A DNA stretch of 35,697 bases from a virus (Duplodnaviria > Caudoviricetes): IMG/VR virus record IMGVR_UViG_3300011102_000109, positions 1 to 35,697 of that record; one strand, 5' to 3'. Numbering within the stretch: position 1 is the stretch's first letter; each line of letters starts with the position of its first letter. Made by a program: the position numbers and the translations under genes. The notes under the pieces are model-generated. The model was not told the DNA's origin. It was given only the letters and a program-made list of their open reading frames with translations, and ran no database searches. Positions 1-9,000 of the stretch are shown in pieces.

Positions 1-3000
1 TATTTGTGTGGAAGAATTCCAGTTGCCCAAACTAATAGTTAAAGGCGTTATCTTCCACATATTAGACAAAGAAGCAGAACTACCGTTAATCTGAACCCAG
101 AATGCTGCCAATATCCCCGGCGCATTCCATGTTTCACCAGACCTCTGATAGAACATGTGACCTCCTGCTGAATGGATAGCGTATGAGGAGATCGTCTCAT
201 CGTTAGATACAATGGTTAATCCCTTTGCCCCAGTAGCGAACGTACTTATCGACACGCCCGTTCTGGTCGCACTATCCGTTCTAACCGATATTAATGGTGA
301 AATTGGGGATTCGTTAAGTCTTATAAAATCTGATGATGCTCCCGCTGATTCAAATAAAATACGAGCGGTGAAATCAGGATTAGTAAGCGTATTCGAAGAG
401 ACCTGAAAGCCTCCAATGATTGAGGAGGTTATTGTAGCGTTTTCAATATACGCATTATTAATAGTAACATCTTCTATATCTCCATTCTTAAAGTATCCCT
501 CTTCTATATATGCGTTATCAATGTTAACGTCTTCTATGTCTCCGTTTTTAAAGTATCCTTCTTCTGCTTCTATCCGACCTTTTACGGTTAAGTTACCAGT
601 AATGTCCCACGAAATATTACCAGAAGCAAGGAAGCCAGAACCATCCTTGTATAATGCTATCTTCTGTGTTTCAGCCCCACCAATACCGGCAAAGTTATTA
701 ACACCAGCTGCAAACGTAATTGGGTTACTGTCATCCCCATTTATGTAAGCACGTACAACAGAAGAACTATCACGCACACCGATAACACTTCCTAGGGTCA
801 AACCTCCAGAAATAATTGTACTTTTTTGTAACGCATTCTTGAGATACTCCATCTCCTGAGGTGCTGGTGACCACTCGTTTGATACACTGCTGCCTTCTTC
901 TAACTTAATCCAAGTAATAGAAACAGAACCACCGGCAGTATTGTACACAGAAAACACTTTTGTATTACCAGCCCACGAACCACCGTAAACAAATACCAAT
1001 CGATATAAGCCACCTCCTAGTGATTGTGTTGTTCCTAAAGTATTCACCCCGTTGTCATCACGGATAGTGAACGATGTACCACTTCCTTTTATCGTTACGG
1101 TGTAAGTCTTACCACTTTCCAAAGCCTTCACAAGGTTGTATTTACCCAGTAAAGTGTTTGTTGTCGACGGAATAGGTACATCACTGCCCAACACCAGGTT
1201 AACACCACCAACTTCTAAAGCATCGTTCCAATGTGAAGCGTTAAAGCCTCCTGTATTGTTTGTATTAGCAACGTATATTTTTCCAGCATAGAATGTTTTA
1301 CCCCCTGAAGTATAGTTGCTAAACAACCTCATAAATTCACCAGCTTTATAGCTTGATGGGGGTAATGTATATGTTGTTACTTTACTATTAGCAATGTTTA
1401 AAGCATCATTAGCTGTAGTCTGTGCTGCATTAGCTGCTGATTGAGCAGTGTTAGCCTTCGTATTAATCGAGTCGGTAATGCTCTTATAAGCATTTTCAAC
1501 TGCAGTAGTGTATAAACCTATCTTATTTTTAAAATCTGTATAGGCGTTATCAACTGCCGTTTTCTCCGCAGGAGTTGTTTTCCCATCTGCAATAGCGGTG
1601 TTAATTGTAGATAGTAACGAATTTTTTGAAGAATCTAAATTAGTTTTTGCAGTTGCTAGATTCGTTTTCGGTGTCCCTGTTAACAAAGGATCGTTGTAAA
1701 CAACATTGTAACTATTTACAATCTGCTCGTAAGTTTCGTTTACAACATTTATATACTTTTCGATGCTCTTAGCTTCCGCAGCCTCAATTACACCATCTTT
1801 AAATGCCCCGTCTACGTACTCCTCAAGATTTTCGGCTGCGGTTGCTGCTGATGCTGCTGCTGATTGAGCTGCATCTATTTTACTTTGTGTATCAGCAGGA
1901 CTTTCAACCCAATCGAATACCGGTATTGACGATAACGATATTCTGATCCTCCGAATGTTTATGACATTCGAACTGTTCATTGCATCATAAAAAGCAATTG
2001 AACCTGTCGTTAAGCCGGGCTTTTGACCCCAGTTTTTTATTTTTGCAGTAAAGGCGAACCTCTGCCACTCTGTTGTAGCGGCAACTATAAATGGTCGTGA
2101 TGGAGGGGTGTCGATTGAGATACCACTCTCCTGATACGGGTATATTTGAATGTTTGCCGGGATCGTTACTTTTAAATCAAAACTTATCGATACATCTTTT
2201 CCTACATAAGGCTCAAAGATTGAACGAACACCGAACTCATAAAACCTACTTGTACCCCTAACTATCTCACTGTTGTTCAGCAGATTTACGCTACTGATTT
2301 GCAGTTCATCGATTGCATCATAAGGGTTAGACTTCCATTCAGTAGCCTTATTACCTTTCTCTATCTGATAACCTTGTTTATAAGTCCCGTCAGAAGAGTT
2401 TGGAGACCATTTAATATAGGCTACACCGGAAGGTATTGTTATTATTTCTACAGCATTATTACTTGTTGAAACGTATCGGCTAATAAACGCTTTATTTTCA
2501 TCGTAATAAGCTATACGGCTTTCAAGCGAGGAGGGCATTTGAAATGTATATTGCTCACCTGCTTTCACTTCGATGAAGTCTGTAACAAATGCAGTAGAAG
2601 ATGCTGATTCAGTACCGTTTGATTGTATTAGATATGAATTTCTTACTTTAGAAGCTCTAATAAGGTTTACTGCTCCAATTTGAATATTATCTACCGTCTC
2701 CTGTGCAGCATCAGCCAACTGTTTTGCTTTAGCAGCAATAGCGTTAAGTAAGTCTGTTCTTGCATCGTAATATGCCTTAAATGTATTCCTGAAAGTGGTA
2801 GCATTTATATCACTCGTTGTTGATAAGTTAGACAACAACGGTGTAATATAGCTTGAAAGATTATTATAAGCGTTTTGATAAGACGTTTTACTTACTCCAA
2901 AATAGTCAGCCTGAGATTCGTTTTTAGTCTTTTCACTAATTATCGAATCCCACTCTACCTTTACTTGTTTCTTTTCAACAGGAGTAAGTTTACTATCGAG

Positions 3001-6000
3001 TGACATATCAGCTAACAATGCATTAGCTGCATTAGCTGCTGTCTGTGCCGCAGCTATCTTTACCTCCGTATCTGAAAGAGAAGGTTTCCAATTTGTTGAT
3101 ACGTTCCCCTCCTCTATTTGTATCCTTCGATAATCCAGCGGAACCCCTACAGCCCCAGATGTGTTCAACGCTAAATTAGAGCTACTATTTGAAGTAAAAA
3201 GATGAGCCTTACTGGTTATACGCACCCATACATTGGGTGGTACAGACGTTTCCTGCATACTATTTACATCTGCAAGAAAACGAAGTCTTACATTAACATT
3301 ACTACTATGTGAATGTCTAACATCAACAGAAGCTATATATGTTTTACCTGCAGAGTAGGATATGCTAGCTCCCACCACAGAAGCAGCCTTATCTATATTA
3401 GGAGTGACTCTTCGGTAAGGTATCGGCTCGTCATTCATCAATACAGCAGTACCAGAACCAGAGCTTGACGGTGATAGTAGCAACGCTTCACTGTTGTCAA
3501 GCAAGTTAATACCTCCGACCTTGATGTTATTAAGAGCATCGGTTAATTGAGTATTTGTAACAGCGTTACCTGATACTATAATACTTTCAACATCGATATG
3601 TTCTGTACGTATCTTACCACCGCTAATGAGTGTGGTATTACCCGAACCAGAAGGTCCACGAACAATGAGGTTATCGGTATCAATAAGATTGTTTCTAAGA
3701 TAACCCCCTTGCATGATGGTATTACCGAGCTTAGCTACTTCAATTTTGTCAGATAAAGCTGGCTTCCAATCTGTTGCAATCGTACCTAATTCTACTTGAA
3801 CTCTTCTGTAATCTATTACTAAACCAGTAGCTCCAATAGTACTTAAAATAATGTTTGTAGTTACATTTGAGGAAGGAGTGAAAGGTTTTGAATAGATTCT
3901 TGTCCATGTATTAGGAGGAACTGATGTTTCAGTCACAGTATTAACATCAGCCTCAAATCGTATTCTGAATGTAACATTACTACTATGCGAATGTCTAACA
4001 TCTACACTTGAAATGTAAGTTTTTCCGGCTATGTATGAGAAATTAGCTCCGTATAATGAAACGTTTTTATCAGAATCAGGTGTAACTCTTCTATATGGAA
4101 TAGTTTCATCACTCGTTATTACAGCAACACCTGTACCAATGTTTGTATTAAACATTGCTAACGCTTCACTATTCGATATTAAATTCTCTCCTCCGATTTG
4201 AATAGAGGCTATAGTAGATTCACGAAGATCATCAGGATTTGGACTCCAATCTGTAGCCTTATTACCACGTTCTATTTTTATTTTAGCATTCCTTATTTCA
4301 TTTACTGTAATTGTACTATCATTTGTTTTTCTAAATAAAACAACACATTTAGCACAATTTGAATTAGTAGGAGAAAATAAAATAGGATTGTTACCGTTTT
4401 TAGGTAACCATGTATTATCTTTTATCCATACATTGCTGGAGTTATATTCCTGAATAGAAATATCATAATCGGAAGGTATAGTAATACAATAAGTATTACC
4501 ATAAGACATATCTAATAGTACAGTTCTTACACGGGTTGTACTATCTACATATCCATTCGGATATGTCTTACCACTCATATCACCGATATTATGATTATAT
4601 AATTCAGTGACACGAAGTAAATTAGTACCTCCAATAACTATACTATCAATTGCTTCCCATTCAGAAGAAACTACAGGAGTTGTATAAGAAGTGGTACTAT
4701 TGGAATATGTTATTTTAAGTCTGCTCCATAAATATTTTCCAGGCTGCCAAGCTGGAGGGGTAGTAACCCAAGAACCTCCGGTCTGTGTTGTTTTACTAGT
4801 CGAAAGGTAATATTCTTCTACTACATTCGTAATGCTTACCCCATCTTTAGGAGTAATATTAGCTGGAGTAGAAGTAGTAGTATTGCTATTAGAATAGTAA
4901 GTTTTAGTTCTGGTCCACAGTTGTTCTCCGGTTCCTAATGTGGGAGCTGTTGTAGTCCATCCCGAAGTAGGAGGTGTTGAAGGATTGGTATTCTTAGCAA
5001 ATTCTATATCTACGGTAACAATGGATACACCGTCATTACCTTTGAAACTAATGGCATAACTAAATTGACGTGTAAATGTTTTACCGTCTATAACAATGTT
5101 AATCGGAACTGTACCTGACGGACTTGTCATAGAACTAGTAACATTAAATGTAATAACATTACCAGCTATTGAAGCCGTCATGCCGGTAGGCATTGTACCT
5201 ACCGTTATAGATGTAGGTGTTATTGAATTAGCTCCTTTATAAGATATTACTTTAACAGTTGTACTTCCAGCTATTGCAGAATTGGTATTACCCGCAAATG
5301 TATGAGCTTCGTTTTCCAATATTACAGTATAACCGTCTTGACCATCTACTCCATCTTGACCGTCTCTACCAACAGCTCCACCTCCTATGATACCTTTACC
5401 ACCTCTGTATGCAATAACATTTACACTTGTGCTATTAGTTAAACTGTAACTCTCAGCAGCCTCACCAGGTTTTAACGGCCAATTACCATCAGCATCTTTA
5501 GACATACCTATGATAGCATAAGGTTGTCTATAATATTGAGCAGGTTTACCAGGTTTACCTCCAAGATTAACAAATAAGTCTCTTAAAGGACCACTTTCAG
5601 CAATAGCATCGTAACTATATATACAAACAATTTTATCTGTTAAATCTTCTACATAATTAATCAGATTAGTTATATTAGTACCACCAAGATAAGTATCAAA
5701 ACCTTGTTGACTAACAAGATTAAAATCTTTATCCAAAACAACTACTCTATGTCCTCTACTACCGGCTGTAGTTATAACCTCACCGTTTTTCCAAACTCCT
5801 CCTTTTAATGGAGAAGCTAGAGCAGAAGTTCCCCAACATTCCAAATACGGAGCTTGACCATCTGATACCACAGCTATAGTATATGTATCAGAATTAGTAC
5901 CGTCCGATGCTCTAATTGATAATGTCTTGAAAGTAACTGTATTTGGGTTAATGGTAACAGTTTCTCCGGATCTTGACACACCAGTAGGAACTGTAGTTGA

Positions 6001-9000
6001 GAAACTACCCCCGTTCACAGAATACTGCCAAGAAGTTATATTTGTATTTTGAGCTATTCCGGTAACTGTAAATGATGTAGACGGAATCTTATTTCCATCA
6101 TTATCTATTCTTATAATCTGAGTAGAACCTGAAAGAGTTACCAGTTTAGCAGTTTTACTTAAAATATCATTTACAGATGGAATCCAATCGTCACTCAGTA
6201 TATTACCTAATGATATCCTAATCCTTCTGATAGTGATAATATTACTAGAATTACTAGGATCATAAAAAGCTATTGATCCGTTAGAACTACCGGGTATTTG
6301 TCCCCAATTTTTAACTTTGGTAACAAATGAAAATCTTTGCCAATTTGTAGTGGCTTGTACGATTTTCGAAGAACTTGCAGGAACATCAATACTTATACCA
6401 GATTCTTGATATGCATAAATAGAAATTGAAGCTGGTATTGTAACTTTAATATCAAAAGAAATACAAATATCTTTACCCACATAATCTTGCAAAGCAGATC
6501 TTACCCCTAATTCATAGAATCTATCTGTACCACCTTTTTCTCCCTCACTGTTATCTAATAAGTTAGTATTTCCTCCAACCTTAATATTATCGAAGAAATC
6601 TTTTTCAGAAGGTGTCCAATCTGTACCTTGGTTACCTCTTTCTAATTTTATCTTATAAATAGTAGAAGCAGTTGTTCCATTATTAGGAACTTGATATATC
6701 CACAAGCTAGTGTTAGCAGCTGTTATACCGCTATTATAAATTTTCCATTTAAAGGCTTTCCTAAAAATTCCAGGTGAAACTTCATCAGATTTAGTAATAT
6801 GTCCTATTAAAACAGACCCTCCTGAATTGTACAGACTCCATTGAGTTCTATCCGAACCTAATTCACCCCAAATAGTTACACATACTTCTTCATCTGGTTG
6901 TAAAGTATCAGCTAAACCGTAATTGGCAATATTATAATTAGTACTAGTTTTTACTACATTAGAACTATGTAATAAGTTTGTACCACCGACTAAAATACTT
7001 CTCTTTAAGTCGGTAGCACTCATTGACCAATCTGTAGCTTTATTACCCTTCTCAAGTTTTACTCTTGTTAATTTAATCTCACGGTTATTTGAAGAACCTG
7101 CTTGACCTGCGTATATAACAAGATTGTAAGTCTGATTTCCTGCAAAAGAAGATGGAGTAGTAAACGTGAGTTTTTGTTTTTCAGTACTACTTATAGGAAT
7201 ATCTCCTAATATAATAGTATTACTTCCGTTATGAGCAGCTACAGTCATAGCAGTTACAGAAGTACCACTTATAATTTGACTCTTCTCAATAGAAAGAGTG
7301 TACTGAGTATTAGGTTGTAAATACCCTTCAATCTCAAAAAGTTTAAAGGTATATGTATTAGATGAAGGTCCTATAGTAGCTTCAGCTCCACCACTTAAAA
7401 GGTTATAAGAACCTATGTTAATATCATTAAGTGCTTGGTTTAATTGTGTATTAGTTACACCACCAGCGTTCAACAGAATCTGACTAGCATTGATACGAGC
7501 AGAATCTATTGTACCTGTTTTAATTGCAGCAGCATCTAACTGTAATGTATTAATATATGCTGCATTAATAATATTAGATTTAATAGCATTAGCATCTAAC
7601 AAAACAGTATTAATCAGACCTCCTTGTATAAGTGTCTGCCCTCCAATAGCTACATCGGTTATATCTTGAAATGCCAGTGAACGAAGATTACTTACTAAAT
7701 CTTGAAACTCAGAAGAGGTAGTATCTACTTCTTCCCAAATATCCGATATTTCACCTTCTAACTCATCAACTTTACTTTTACGAGCATTTTCTATAGCACT
7801 GATGAGAAGATTCCTAGAAGATTTGTAGTCATTTATATGTGTATTAAAATTCGACGGGGGAGAAAAAGTTTCAGTGCTGGTATTTACAATGGTATTGAAA
7901 TCATTATATAATGTTGTATAATTAGTATTATAATTTGTTACAACACTTCCTGTAATACCATATTGAGAAACTAAAGCATCGATACGAAGTTTTTCTGAAG
8001 CTAATTCCAACATTTCAAGCTCGATCCTCTTTCTATCGTTAGCATTCAGTAGATTTTTATTTACGAGGTTATTGAGTCTAGAAATAGCTGTATTAGCTGT
8101 AGTATCATCTGTATACTTAGAAGCTTTCTGCCAATCTGCTGAATTATAAGATTCAGCAGCTGTACGAGCAACAGTAGCTCTCATGATATCTCCGGAAGGA
8201 CCTTGCACCCATATATCACCAATATCATATGGAGGGAATGGTGTTACAGTAAATATCCTTCTTTTAGAATCAGCAGTATCTTTAGCTTCAGATGCTAACT
8301 GTAAAGCTGCTTGTAAATCAGCATTAACAACTTCCTGCCAGAAATAATCAGAACCGTCTTTAACATAACGGAATGTTTTTCCGTTTTCAGTATTATACCA
8401 TATATCTCCTAAGTGATCTTCCTGCTCATTGTTATCAATCCAATCTGATGTAGGAGGAAGTGAATTATTAGGATCGTAGGTATAGAAATGTTGTTCTGAT
8501 AAACCGTCTAAAGCATTTTCTAAATCTTGAAGTTGACCCGGAAGTACATTATTAATGTAATTCTGAAGTTGAGCTACCGTAGTAGCATTATTTTGAAGAG
8601 ATGTGAAATCTGATTGTAAATTAGAATCGAATGAAGAAAAAGTTACAGCACCGTTAAGCTGAATATTTTTAGCTTGTATCTTAACATTAGAAGGTTCTAA
8701 GTTTATTAAAGAAACAATATTTTCTCCATTAAAATCAGTTTGACTTACCTTTAAAGCTATTTGATTAGCATTCTGAGTAATAGAAGATTCAGCAGAAGTC
8801 ACTCTGTCTTCTAGTTCATCGAAAACAGTTTGACTTACTTTACTCGCAATCTGTGAACCTAAAATAGTTATGTTAGATTCAGCACTTGTAACTCTTCCAG
8901 ATAAAGTGTTAAAATCTGTTTGGTTAACTTTTAATGCAATCTGATTAGCATGTTGTGTAATAGTAGATTCAGCATCTGCAACCCTTCCTTCAAGATCTTC

